From NCBI GenBank assembly GCA_963743915.1, contig CAVURN010000005.1, forward strand, positions 448,001-512,000: a stretch of DNA of 64,000 bases, read 5' to 3'. The stretch comes from an uncultured Actinomycetota bacterium (GTDB lineage: Bacteria > Actinomycetota > Actinomycetes > JAHEKZ01). Under the pieces are notes generated by a model. It saw only the letters and a program-made list of their open reading frames with translations, did no database searches and was not told the origin of the DNA. This document shows positions 46,766 to 56,602 of this stretch, in pieces. Position 1 is the first letter of the stretch; the number at the start of each line of letters is the position of its first letter. The position numbers and the translations under genes were made by a program.

Positions 46766-48052
46766 TCAGGTCAGGTAGCGCAGCCACAGGTACGGGACGC
46801 ACAGCAGCACGCTGACGACGGTGATGAGCAACCCGTAGCGGGTGAACTGCCAGAACGAGATCGGATGTCCGTAGCGTTTCGCGATGCCGATCACCACCAC
46901 GTTGGCGCTCGCGCCGATGGCGGTCGCGTTCCCCCCGAGATCCGCCCCCAGGGCCAGTGACCACCACAGGACGTTGTCCGGGTTCAGGGCCGGGTCGTTG
47001 GCGGCCAGCTGCTCGACCACCGGGGACATGGTCGCCACGTACGGGATGTTGTCGACGAGTGCCGACAGAGCGGCTGACCCGAACAGGATGCCGAAGCTCG
47101 CCGCCACCGGATCGCCGCCGACGGCGTCGGTCAAGCTCGTCGCGATGGAGTCGATCACCCCGGACTCGGCCAGTGCGCCCACCAGCACGAAGAGACCCAT
47201 GAAGAAGACGAGCGTCTCCCACTCGACGTGCTTCATGTACTCGTCGGTGGGCCCCGGGACCAGCACCATCATGGCGCCACCGCCGAGCAGGGCCACGATG
47301 GACGGCTCGATCCCCAGGGCGCGCTGCAGCACGAACCCGACGAGCACGGCGCCGAGCACGGCAAGGGCGCGCACGAGTACCCGGGGGTCGGAGACCGCCT
47401 CGCGCTCGTCCAGGCGCATCACCGCGTCGGCCGCCGCCGGGTCGTAGGTGAACGCCCCGCGGAACACCCACCGCGAGAGCCCGAGGAAGACCAGCATGAT
47501 GATCACGACGATTGGCGCCATGTGCACCAGGAAGTCGGTGAACGTCAGGTCGGCACGGCTGCCGATGATGATGTTCGGCGGGTCACCGACCAGGGTCGAG
47601 GCACCGCCGATGTTGGACGCCAGCACCTCGGCCACGAGGAACGGCACCGGATTGAGCTTGAGTCGGTCGCAGACGAGCAAGGTGACGGGCGCGATGAGCA
47701 GCACGGTGGTGACGTTGTCGAGCAACGCCGACGCCCCCGCCGTCAGCGTGCAGAGCAGGACGAGCAGCGGATAGGGACGTCCTCGCGTCCGCTTGGCGCT
47801 CCAGATCGCCAGGAACTCGAAGAGTCCGGTGCGACGCAGTCCGGCGACGACGACCATCATCCCCAGCAGCAGGAAGATGACATTCCAGTCGATGCCGGTC
47901 TCGCGCGAGTAGAAGATCTCGTCGGCGCCCACGATGCCGAGCGCCACCACGGCAGCGGCACCGCCGAGCGCCGCCACCACGCGGGGCACCCGCTCGGTCG
48001 CGATCAACACGTATGCGATGGCGAAGACCGCCACGGCCAGCGCTGCGGTCAT
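46766..48052 (-). CDS. ArsB/NhaD-family ion transporter
   Basis: IDWNVIFLLLGMM, SALLDNVTTVLL, TLVGDPPN, VDNIP, GGNATAIGASANVV. Confidence 0.92.
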   Translation of the reverse strand: MTAALAVAVFAIAYVLIATERVPRVVAALGGAAAVVALGIVGADEIFYSRETGIDWNVIFLLLGMMVVVAGLRRTGLFEFLAIWSAKRTRGRPYPLLVLLCTLTAGASALLDNVTTVLLIAPVTLLVCDRLKLNPVPFLVAEVLASNIGGASTLVGDPPNIIIGSRADLTFTDFLVHMAPIVVIIMLVFLGLSRWVFRGAFTYDPAAADAVMRLDEREAVSDPRVLVRALAVLGAVLVGFVLQRALGIEPSIVALLGGGAMMVLVPGPTDEYMKHVEWETLVFFMGLFVLVGALAESGVIDSIATSLTDAVGGDPVAASFGILFGSAALSALVDNIPYVATMSPVVEQLAANDPALNPDNVLWWSLALGADLGGNATAIGASANVVVIGIAKRYGHPISFWQFTRYGLLITVVSVLLCVPYLWLRYLT

Positions 48053-48501
48053 GCCCGCGAGACACCCGCTCCCAGCACCGACAGCGCAGTGATCGTGCCG
48101 AGCGCGGCACCATCCGCCCCCGCGACCACCAGCAGCGGGACGTGCAGGCGGGCCATCAACGCTGCAACCTCGAGCAGGGTGGCGTCGTGGGCCACCGTGC
48201 CCAGCAGGTCCGGCTCAGCGTCGTCGAGGACGTCCTGCACGGTCATGGTGGCCAGCCGGTCGGTCAGCCGGTCGGCGGACTCCTCATCGACCACGCCGGC
48301 CAGCGAGGGGTCGTCCTTGATGTACGTCGGCACCGCCAGCCCGAGGATCTGCGACGCCGGCAGCACCGCGAGAGGCCTGCCCTCGGCGGAGACAACGGCC
48401 AGACCGGGGAGCGACTCGGCCACGAGGCGCCGCGCGGCGTCCAGCACGGAGTCGCTGGGCAGGACCAGGCCGACGCGCTGCGCCAGCTGAGCGGCGATCA
48501 C
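48049..48501 (-). CDS. CBS domain protein
   Basis: CBS pair with VPTYIKDDPSLAGV insert; ATGA overlap with the transporter. Confidence 0.88.
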   Translation of the reverse strand: MIAAQLAQRVGLVLPSDSVLDAARRLVAESLPGLAVVSAEGRPLAVLPASQILGLAVPTYIKDDPSLAGVVDEESADRLTDRLATMTVQDVLDDAEPDLLGTVAHDATLLEVAALMARLHVPLLVVAGADGAALGTITALSVLGAGVSRA

Positions 48502-48592
48502 GCCCGCAGCGTAGTGCCGGACCGAGCCGACCCGGAGACCATGAGGGACACTGGACGGGGCCGACCGGCCCGTATCGCGGCGAGGAGTGTGT

Positions 48593-50260
48593 GTGAACGA
48601 CGGCCCCCTGATCGTGCAGAGCGACAAGACGTTGCTGCTGGAGGTGGAGCACCCCCAGTCCACGTCGTGCCGTCATGCGATCGCGCCGTTCGCCGAGCTC
48701 GAACGCTCGCCCGAGCACGTCCACACCTACCGGATCACTCCGCTGGGCCTCTGGAACGCACGAGCTGCGGGTCACGACGCCGAGCAGGTCGTGGACACCC
48801 TGCTGCGGTACAGCCGGTACGCCGTCCCGCACGCCCTGCTCGTCGACATCGCCGAGACGATGGCGCGGTACGGACGTCTCCAGCTCACCTCCCACCCCGT
48901 GCACGGTCTGGTCCTGCACACCACGGACCGACCGGTGCTCGAGGAGGTCCTGCGCTCGAAGAAGGTGGCCCCCCTCGTCGGGGCTCGTGTCGACCCCGAC
49001 ACGGTCATCGTCCATCCGTCCGAGCGGGGCCACATCAAGCAGGTGCTGCTCAAGCTGGGCTGGCCCGCCGAGGACTTCGCCGGGTACGTCGACGGTGAGG
49101 CGCACGCCATTGCGCTCGACGAGTCGGACTGGCACCTGCGCGACTACCAGCGACAGGCCGCCGAGAACTTCTTCCACGGCGGGTCAGGGGTCGTCGTGCT
49201 CCCCTGTGGCGCCGGCAAGACGATCGTCGGGGTCGCCGCCATGGCGATGGCCCAGGCCACGACGCTCATCCTGGTGACGAACACGGTGGCCGCTCGGCAG
49301 TGGCGCGACGAGCTGCTGCACCGCACCGCGTTGACCGAGGACGAGATCGGCGAGTACTCGGGAGCGAAGAAGGAGATCCGCCCGGTCACGATCGCGACCT
49401 ACCAGGTGATGACCACCAAGCGGAAGGGCGTCTACCCGCACCTCGAGCTCTTCGACGCCCGCGACTGGGGGCTGATCCTCTACGACGAGGTGCACCTGCT
49501 GCCGGCTCCGATCTTCCGCTTCACGGCCGACATCCAGGCACGTCGTCGGCTCGGTCTGACGGCGACCCTCGTGCGCGAGGACGGCCGGGAGGGGGACGTG
49601 TTCTCGCTCATCGGTCCGAAGCGGTACGACGCGCCCTGGAAGGAGATCGAGGCGCAGGGGTACATCGCCCCCGCCGAGTGCGTCGAGGTGCGCGTCACCC
49701 TGCCGGACCGCGAACGTCTCGCCTACGCAACGGCCGAACCGGACGAGCGGTACCGGCTCTGTTCGACGTCCCAGGAGAAGTCACGCATCGTCGAGCGGCT
49801 CGTCGAGCAGCATCGGGGTGAGCCGACGCTCGTGATCGGGCAGTACCTCGACCAGCTCGAGGAGCTCGGCGGACGTCTCGACGCGCCGGTCATCAACGGT
49901 GACACGCCCGTCAAGGAGCGCCAACGGCTGTTCGAGGCCTTCCGTTCCGGTGAGGTCACCACGCTGGTGGTCAGCAAGGTGGCCAACTTCTCCGTCGACC
50001 TGCCCGAGGCGAGCGTCGCCATCCAGGTGTCCGGCGCGTTCGGCTCGCGTCAGGAGGAGGCGCAGCGACTGGGCCGGGTGCTGCGGCCGAAGGCCGACGG
50101 ACGTGCCGCGCGCTTCTACGCGATCGTCGCCCGCGACACCGTCGACCAGGACTTCGCCCAGCACCGGCAGCGCTTCCTCGCCGAACAGGGTTACGGCTAC
50201 ACGATCACCGACGCCGACGACCTGCCGGCGGCAGACCTCGGTTCCCCTGATGACCGCTGA
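48593..50260 (+). CDS. DNA repair helicase XPB (ERCC3/Rad25-like)
   Basis: GPLIVQSDKTLLLE, LPCGAGKT, DEVH, LGLTAT..RED, SRQEEAQRLGR. Confidence 0.95.
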   Translation: MNDGPLIVQSDKTLLLEVEHPQSTSCRHAIAPFAELERSPEHVHTYRITPLGLWNARAAGHDAEQVVDTLLRYSRYAVPHALLVDIAETMARYGRLQLTSHPVHGLVLHTTDRPVLEEVLRSKKVAPLVGARVDPDTVIVHPSERGHIKQVLLKLGWPAEDFAGYVDGEAHAIALDESDWHLRDYQRQAAENFFHGGSGVVVLPCGAGKTIVGVAAMAMAQATTLILVTNTVAARQWRDELLHRTALTEDEIGEYSGAKKEIRPVTIATYQVMTTKRKGVYPHLELFDARDWGLILYDEVHLLPAPIFRFTADIQARRRLGLTATLVREDGREGDVFSLIGPKRYDAPWKEIEAQGYIAPAECVEVRVTLPDRERLAYATAEPDERYRLCSTSQEKSRIVERLVEQHRGEPTLVIGQYLDQLEELGGRLDAPVINGDTPVKERQRLFEAFRSGEVTTLVVSKVANFSVDLPEASVAIQVSGAFGSRQEEAQRLGRVLRPKADGRAARFYAIVARDTVDQDFAQHRQRFLAEQGYGYTITDADDLPAADLGSPDDR

Positions 50261-50588
50261 GGCCGAAGCAGCCCTGGCCGAGGCGCGCGCCCGCGTCCTG
50301 CACGACCTGTCGGCCACGCTGCCGACCGGACCTGCAGTCGTGGACGCCCTGGAGCAGGCGCTCGACGAGCGTCGCGCCTGGGTCGAGCCGTGGCCCGCAG
50401 GTGCTGAGTTCCTGACCTGCCTGGTGGCGCAGGACGTGCAGGAGGCGCTGGCCGCGTCCCACGGCCGGTGGCCGCGCTGCCGGATGGACGGCAGCCACAC
50501 GCTGCACGTCGAACCGGACCTCGGTGAGGACCCCCACTGGGTGTGCGAGGACTGCGCCGCCGTCGTGGCGCCGATCGGTGGGCTCTGA
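50250..50588 (+). CDS. Small hypothetical protein with putative Zn-binding C-x5-H...C-x2-C
   Basis: WPRCRMDGSHTL...WVCEDC..VVAPIGGL; overlaps the XPB stop. Confidence 0.75.
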   Translation: MTAEAEAALAEARARVLHDLSATLPTGPAVVDALEQALDERRAWVEPWPAGAEFLTCLVAQDVQEALAASHGRWPRCRMDGSHTLHVEPDLGEDPHWVCEDCAAVVAPIGGL

Positions 50589-50610
50589 CCCGACCGGGCA
50601 CACGGCGGGT

Positions 50611-50650
50611 GAGATCGCGACAGGCTGAGGGAGTTCGCGACAGACTGGGG
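50611..50650 (+). repeat. 20-bp tandem repeat (2 copies) containing the -10-like element of the HD gene
   Basis: GAGATCGCGACAGGCTGAGG / GAGTTCGCGACAGACTGGGG, 17/20 identical. Confidence 0.65.
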
Positions 50651-50652
50651 GC

Positions 50653-51267
50653 ATGCGCGAGCCCACCGAACGCGAAGCCCGCCTGCTCGACTCCGCCGTG
50701 GTCACCGGCGGCCTCGGACCGCGGTACAGCCAGCCGCATCGGGAGTACCACAACCTGATGCACATCGAGGACGTGCTGCTGCGGATCGAGGAGCTCGAGC
50801 CTCCCGTCGAGCACGAGCTCGCCCTCGCGCTGGCTGCGTGGTTCCACGATGCCGTCTACCAGCCTGGCCAGGACGACAACGAGGACCGCAGTGCCTACGT
50901 GGCCTACGACGCGCTCGAGCAGATCGGGGCGTCCCCTGACCTGATCGCCGAGGTCGTGCGGCTCGTGCGGCTCACGGCGACGCACGATCCCGATGCCGAC
51001 GATGTCGCTGGCGCCGTGCTGTGCGACGCAGACCTCGCGATCCTTGCGGCGGCGCCGGATCGCTACCGCGGCTACGCCTCTGCCATCCGCCAGGAGTACG
51101 TGCACGTACCGGAGGCCGACTTTCGGCGCGGACGCGCCGAGGTGCTGCGCCGCTATCTCGAGCGACCGGTCATCTTCCGGACGGCCTACGGTCGCCAGCA
51201 ATGGGAGGCCACTGCGCGCGCGAATCTCGCCGGCGAGATCGAGGCGCTGGAGTCGGGCGGTGAGTGA
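50653..51267 (+). CDS. HD-superfamily metal-dependent phosphohydrolase
   Basis: YSQPHREYHN..H, AAWFHDAVY, NEDRSA, LCDADLAIL, IRQEY. Confidence 0.92.
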   Translation: MREPTEREARLLDSAVVTGGLGPRYSQPHREYHNLMHIEDVLLRIEELEPPVEHELALALAAWFHDAVYQPGQDDNEDRSAYVAYDALEQIGASPDLIAEVVRLVRLTATHDPDADDVAGAVLCDADLAILAAAPDRYRGYASAIRQEYVHVPEADFRRGRAEVLRRYLERPVIFRTAYGRQQWEATARANLAGEIEALESGGE

Positions 51268-51626
51268 GCGGGCGCCGCACGTCGCGGGGCTGCGCATGGT
51301 GTGCTTCGACTCGGTCGACCCGCCCGCGCTGGCCGGGTTCTGGGCCACGCTGCTCGGCGGCACGATGTCGGTGGACGGTGACGGTGATGCCTGGGTGAGC
51401 ACCGGTGACGGACCACGTCTGGACTTCCTCCGCGTCCCGGAGGTCAAGACGCTGAAGAACCGGCTGCACCTCGACATCGCGGTGACCGATGTCGCGACTG
51501 GCGACGGCCGAGGCGCTGGCGCTCGGCGCCACCAGGGCCGACGACGTCTACGACGGAGGGCCCTGGCAGGTGCTGCGCGACCCCGAGGGCAACGAGTTCT
51601 GCCTGCTGCCGCCCGACCTGTCGTAG
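51260..51626 (+). CDS. VOC/glyoxalase family protein (frameshift near 51497)
   Basis: LAGFWATLLG, KNRLHLD, then ALGA...WQVLRDPEGNEFC in a shifted frame. Confidence 0.85.
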
Positions 51627-51627
51627 G

Positions 51628-51900
51628 TCACGGGCCCTTCGCGCTGCGCGGACGCCGGCGTCTGAGGCCCGACGCGTTGAGCGCGGCCACCAGCTCGCGG
51701 GACGTCACTGGCGTCGCCCCGGCGGCGATGAGATCGTCCCGCCGTTCGACAGGGACGTCGTAGTGGTCGCCGTCGAAACCACGCTCCGGGATGCCGAAGG
51801 GCGCGGCGAACGCGTGCAGCTCCTCGAACGACTCGTCGCTCGCCAGGTGGCACCACAGCCGGTCGTGGGCCGGCACCTCGGCGTCGTCGATGAGGATCAC
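51628..51900 (-). CDS. DUF4031 protein
   Basis: WCHLASDESFEELHAFA...FDGDHYDV. Confidence 0.9.
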   Translation of the reverse strand: MILIDDAEVPAHDRLWCHLASDESFEELHAFAAPFGIPERGFDGDHYDVPVERRDDLIAAGATPVTSRELVAALNASGLRRRRPRSAKGP

Positions 51901-52370
51901 GGGGAATCCGACCCGAGCAGAGCGCGGACCTCCGCCAGCGGGTCAGGCGCACCGGCCGCGCTGCCGCGCGCGAAGGCGACGAGAGCCCGCTCATGGGCGA
52001 CGACCAGGTCGGCGAGCGCCGCCAGGTCGGGGTCGTCCTGCACCAGCTCGACCAGGGGCAAGGACTCCGCCAGAGCCGCCTCCGCGTCTGACGCGAGCCA
52101 GTCGAGCAGAGTCGGCCACGGGTCGTCGCGGTGGGCGGACAGGTCGCGGTCGATCTCACCGGCCATGCGCTGGGGGTCGGGTTCGACGCCCAGCGCCACG
52201 AGAGCGGTGGTCAACTCACCCAGCACGTAGGTCTCGAGCACCACCAGCTCGCGGAGCGCGCGCGCCTCGTCCGCATGGTGGCGCGCCTCGGCCAGCCCCT
52301 CGTAGACACAGACGCCGTACCACTCCCCCGACCAGGCCCGTTCGAGCATCTGCAGCACCGCGGCATCCAC
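51897..52370 (-). CDS. Hypothetical protein, possibly ferritin-like four-helix bundle (start uncertain)
   Basis: Helical; GE..G, LE and AHE..L pattern; 4-nt overlap with DUF4031. Confidence 0.6.
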   Translation of the reverse strand: MDAAVLQMLERAWSGEWYGVCVYEGLAEARHHADEARALRELVVLETYVLGELTTALVALGVEPDPQRMAGEIDRDLSAHRDDPWPTLLDWLASDAEAALAESLPLVELVQDDPDLAALADLVVAHERALVAFARGSAAGAPDPLAEVRALLGSDSP

Positions 52371-52441
52371 CGGACCATCCAACCAGCCGGGCTGGTCAGC
52401 CGGGACCGATAATGGTCCTCCCTTTCGAATCGGAGCGCTCC

Positions 52442-54401
52442 GTGACCGCCTTCCCCCACCTCTTCTCACCCGTGCGCATCGGGTCCGTCACGGTCAAGAA
52501 CCGGATCCTGTCCTCCGGGCACGACACCGTGATGGCCGAGGCGGGCGCGATCGGCGACCGGCTCGTCGCCTACCACCAGGCCAGGGCTGCCGGCGGGGTC
52601 GGTCTGATCGTCCTGCAGGTGGCAGGCGTCCACGAGTCCGCCAAGTACTCCACGAGCGTCCTGATGGCGGACACCGACGACTGCATCCCGGGGTACCGGC
52701 GCCTCGTCGAGGCGGTGAAGCCGCACGGCACGGCGGTGTTCGGCCAGCTCTTCCACGACGGTCGCGAGATGATGGAGAGCCAGGACGGCTCGCTGCCCGT
52801 CGCGCTGGCACCGTCGGCGGTGCCCAGCGAACGCTTCCACGTGATGCCTCGCGCCATGCCGGTGTCGCTGATCCACGAGATCGTCGACTGCTTCGGGGCG
52901 TCCGCGCGGCGGCTGCAGTCCGCCGGACTGGACGGCGTCGAGGTGGTCGCGTCCCACGGCTACCTGCCGGCGCAGTTCCTGAACCCTCGCGTCAACATCC
53001 GCGACGACGAGTACGGGGGCTCGCTGGAGAACCGGCTGCGCTTCGTGCGCGAGGTCATCGGAGCCATCCGATCCGAGGTCGGACGCGAGCTCGTCGTGGG
53101 GCTGCGCATCTCGGCGTCCGAGGAGACCGACGAGGGGCTGGGCGCCGACGAGGTGCTGGACGCGCTGCGTGCTCTCGACGTCGACGGCACCCTCGACTAC
53201 ATCAGCGTGGCCGCCGGGACGTCGGCGACGCTGTCCGGCTCGGACCACATCGTGCCGCCGATGAGCTTCGGACCCGCCTACGTCGCACCGATGGCGCAAC
53301 GGGTGAAGGAGGCCGTCAGCGTCCCGGTGATGGTGGCGGGGCGTATCAACCAGCCGCACGAGGGCGAGGCCGTGCTGGCCAACGGGCAGGCCGACCTGGT
53401 CGCGATGACGAGAGCCATGATCTGCGACCCCGTGATGCCGGCGAAGGCCGAGCAGGGACTGGTCGACGAGATCCGGGCGTGCATCGGCTGCAACCAGGCC
53501 TGCATCGGCCACTTCCACGCCGGCTACCCCATCTCGTGCATCCAGCACCCCGAGACCGGACGTGAGCTGACGTACGGCGTACGGCGTCCCGCCTCCGCCG
53601 CACGTGACGTGATGGTGGTCGGTGGCGGCGTCGCAGGTCTCAAGGCGGCCGTTGTCGCGGCCGAACGTGGCCACCGTGTCACTGTCTACGAGGCGGGGCG
53701 TCGGCCCGGTGGTCAGGTGCTGCTCGCCGAGCAGCTACCCGGACGCACCGAGTTCGGCGGTGCGGTGACGAACTTGCTCAGCGAGGTGGACCGCTACGGC
53801 GTGAAGGTCGTCACCGGTCAGCGCGTCGATGCTGACGTCGTGCGCAGCCAGGCGCCGGACGCCGTGGTCGTCGCCACCGGTGCAACGCCCCGGGTGCCCG
53901 GCCCTCGAGCTCATGGACGACCCGGTGGTCCTCACCGCGTGGGACGTCATCAGCGGCACGCAGGTCCCCTCCGGCCGCGTGGTCGTCGCCGACTGGCGGT
54001 GCGACTGGATCGGCCTCGGCGTCGCCCAGCAGCTCACGCAGCAGGGGCACAAGGTCACGCTCGCGGTCGACGGCTACATGGCGGGGCAGCGCATCCAGCA
54101 GTACGTGCGGGACGAGATGACCAAGCAGGCGCTGCTCGCCGGCGTCGAGATCGTGCCGCTGGTGCGGCTGATCGGTGCGGACGCCGACAGCGTCTACCTG
54201 CAGCACGTGCTGACCGACGAGCCGGTGATCGTCGACGACGTGGCAGCCCTGGTGTTGTCCCAGGGGCACGACTCCGTCACCGATCTGGTCGACGCGCTGA
54301 CCGACTACCCCGGCGAGGTGCACGCCATCGGCGACTGCCTGGCGCCGCGCACCGTCGAGGAGGCCGTCCTGGAGGGCCTGCAGGTGGCGTCCGCCCTCTG
54401 A
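52442..54401 (+). CDS. NADH:flavin oxidoreductase (OYE + 4Fe-4S + FAD), frameshift near 53900
   Basis: HLFSP, DGVEVVASHGYL..QFL, R.DEYGGSLENRLRF, CIGCNQAC...C, VVGGGVAGL, IGDCLAPR. Confidence 0.9.
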
Positions 54402-54413
54402 AATGGGGGCGCG

Positions 54414-54443
54414 TTGACGGCTGATTGAGTGACCAGTCAGGAT
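54414..54443 (+). promoter_or_regulatory. Leaderless promoter with an imperfect palindrome in the spacer
   Basis: TTGACG-N18-CAGGAT-N7-GTG; CTGATTG-N6-CAGTCAG between the boxes. Confidence 0.5.
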
Positions 54444-54450
54444 TGGCGCC

Positions 54451-56526
54451 GTGAACCTCGATCGACTGCTCGCCCCTCGTTCCGTCGCCGTCGTCGGCGC
54501 CTCCCCACGGGTCGACACCTACGGACACCAGGCCCTCGACAACCTGGTCGCCGCCCAGTTCGACGGTCCGGTGTTCGGCGTCCACCCACGCGAGACCGAG
54601 GTGCTCGGAGTCCGCTGCTACCCCACCCTCTCCGACCTGCCCGAGGTGCCGGACGCCATCGTCATCGCGACGCCGGCCGCCACCGTCCCCGACCTGGTCG
54701 ACGAGGCCGGACGCCTGGGCGTCGGCGGTGCCGTCGTGATCGCCGCGGGATTCGCCGAGGTCGAGCACGGCCGCGAGCTCCAGCAGCAGCTGCGCCAGAA
54801 CGCACTGAAGTACGACCTGCCGGTCTGCGGACCGAACGGCAACGGGCTGGTCTCCGTCGTCCGCCGCGCACCTCTCTGGGGTGACGGCTACAACATCGCA
54901 CCGGCAGGCGGAGTCGCCCTCGTGTCGCAGAGCGGCAATGTGGCAGTGAACGCCATCGGCGCCACCCGCGCGCTGCACCTGCACACCGTGATCTCGTGCG
55001 GCAACCAGGCTGTGCTGGACGCGTCCGACTACGTCATCGCGCTCGCCGAGCAGGAGGGTGTCCGCTCCATCGCGCTCTACCTCGAGGCCGAGGGCGATGG
55101 TGCCCGTCTGGCCGAGGGTCTGGCCATGTGCGCCGAACGCGAGATCGGCGTCGTCGTCCTGAAGTCCGGACGAAGCGCGCTCGGCGCGTCGGCCGCGGCC
55201 GCACACACCGGCGCCGTCGCCGGCGACGCCACGGTTCTGCGCGCGCTGGTGGAGGAGGCCGGCGGCGCCTGGGTCGACGACCCGCACGAGCTGCTGGAGA
55301 CGGCCAAGGCCATGGCCCACGGACGCCGCAAGGTGGCCGACGGGATCGCCGTCATCACGTGCTCGGGCGGTGACGCCGCGATCAGCGCCGACGAGGCCGA
55401 CCGCCTCTCGATCCCCCTGCCTCCACTCGCCCAGGAGACCAGGGCGGCGCTCGAGCCGATCGTCCCCGACGCCGCCACGATCGGGAACCCGCTCGACTAC
55501 ACGGCGATGATCTGGGGTGACGTCGAGCGGGTGGCGGACATCGTCCGCACGACGGCGTCCGACCCGTCGGTCGGCCAGGTGCTCGTCTACTACGACATGC
55601 CCCAGAAGATGGGGGCGGCCGCCACCTACAGCTGGAACAGCCAGCTCGACGGCATCGTGCTCGGTGGACAGGACTCCGCGGCTCCGGTGATCGTCGCGTC
55701 GACCCTCCCCGACCTGCTGCCCGAGAACCTCGTCGACAAGTGTCTGCAACGTGGCGTTCCCGCCGTCTGGGGGCTGACGACAGGGATCAAGGTGGCCGAC
55801 GCCATGCGGCGTCCGTTCGGGGACCCGGCAAGGCTCCGCGCGATCGGTGCGCTGGCCGGTGGGCGCGGCGCCGGCGAGTGGCTGCCCGAGCACGAGGCCA
55901 AGCAGCTGCTCGCGAAGGCGGGGGTGGCGGTCCCGAGCGGAGGCGTGGCGACGACACCCGAGGCACTCGGCGTGCTCGTTGCCGAGCTCGACGCGCCGAT
56001 GGCCCTGAAGCTGAGCGCTCCGTCACTGCAGCACAAGAGCGACGTCGGCGCGCTCGAGCTCGGTGTGCTGGGGGTGGACGCCGCACGCACCGCCTTCGAC
56101 CGGCTCCGGTCCATCGAGGGTCACGCGGACACGCCTGTGCTCGTCGAGCGCATGGAGGCGACCGGCGTGGAGCTGCTGATCGCCGCACGCCGTGACTCCG
56201 TCGTGCCCGCACTGGTCGTCGCCCTTGGCGGCATCTGGGTGGAGACCGTGGGCGATGCCGCTGTCATCCCGCTGCCCGCCGATGCGGGCCGCGTCGAGAC
56301 CGCACTTCGCTCGCTTCGGGGTGCGTCGCTGCTCACCGGCGGACGCGGACGTCCCGGCGTCGACCTCGCTGCGGTGGCCGATCTCGCGGTACGGGTGGGC
56401 CAGCTGCTGCTGGACGAGAACCTGATGCTGGTGGAGCTGAACCCGGTGTTCGCCCGCCCCGTCGAACGCGCGGGCGATCTCGCGGGCGCTGTCGCAGTCG
56501 ACGCGGTGATCCGTCGCTGCGTGTAG
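54451..56526 (+). CDS. Acyl-CoA synthetase, NDP-forming (acetate-CoA ligase family)
   Basis: PRSVAVVGAS, GPNGNG, SQSG, AAAAHTGAVAG (phospho-His), HKSDVG, ELNP. Confidence 0.92.
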   Translation: MNLDRLLAPRSVAVVGASPRVDTYGHQALDNLVAAQFDGPVFGVHPRETEVLGVRCYPTLSDLPEVPDAIVIATPAATVPDLVDEAGRLGVGGAVVIAAGFAEVEHGRELQQQLRQNALKYDLPVCGPNGNGLVSVVRRAPLWGDGYNIAPAGGVALVSQSGNVAVNAIGATRALHLHTVISCGNQAVLDASDYVIALAEQEGVRSIALYLEAEGDGARLAEGLAMCAEREIGVVVLKSGRSALGASAAAAHTGAVAGDATVLRALVEEAGGAWVDDPHELLETAKAMAHGRRKVADGIAVITCSGGDAAISADEADRLSIPLPPLAQETRAALEPIVPDAATIGNPLDYTAMIWGDVERVADIVRTTASDPSVGQVLVYYDMPQKMGAAATYSWNSQLDGIVLGGQDSAAPVIVASTLPDLLPENLVDKCLQRGVPAVWGLTTGIKVADAMRRPFGDPARLRAIGALAGGRGAGEWLPEHEAKQLLAKAGVAVPSGGVATTPEALGVLVAELDAPMALKLSAPSLQHKSDVGALELGVLGVDAARTAFDRLRSIEGHADTPVLVERMEATGVELLIAARRDSVVPALVVALGGIWVETVGDAAVIPLPADAGRVETALRSLRGASLLTGGRGRPGVDLAAVADLAVRVGQLLLDENLMLVELNPVFARPVERAGDLAGAVAVDAVIRRCV

Positions 56527-56531
56527 GGCTC

Positions 56532-56602
56532 GCCGAGTGCGTGGCACTCGGCTTCCCGCGCGCACTCGACCTGCTCCGCGCGCACCCAGCCACGCACTCG
56601 GC
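56532..56602. repeat. REP-like element with alternative hairpins between convergent genes
   Basis: GCCGAGTGCGTGGC pairs with GCCACGCACTCGGC (14 bp), or GCCGAGTGC pairs with the adjacent GCACTCGGC (9 bp). Confidence 0.75.

Noticed and set aside
50611-50650. Direct repeat considered as a CRISPR remnant
   Set aside because: Only two abutting copies, no spacer, and no cas genes in the window
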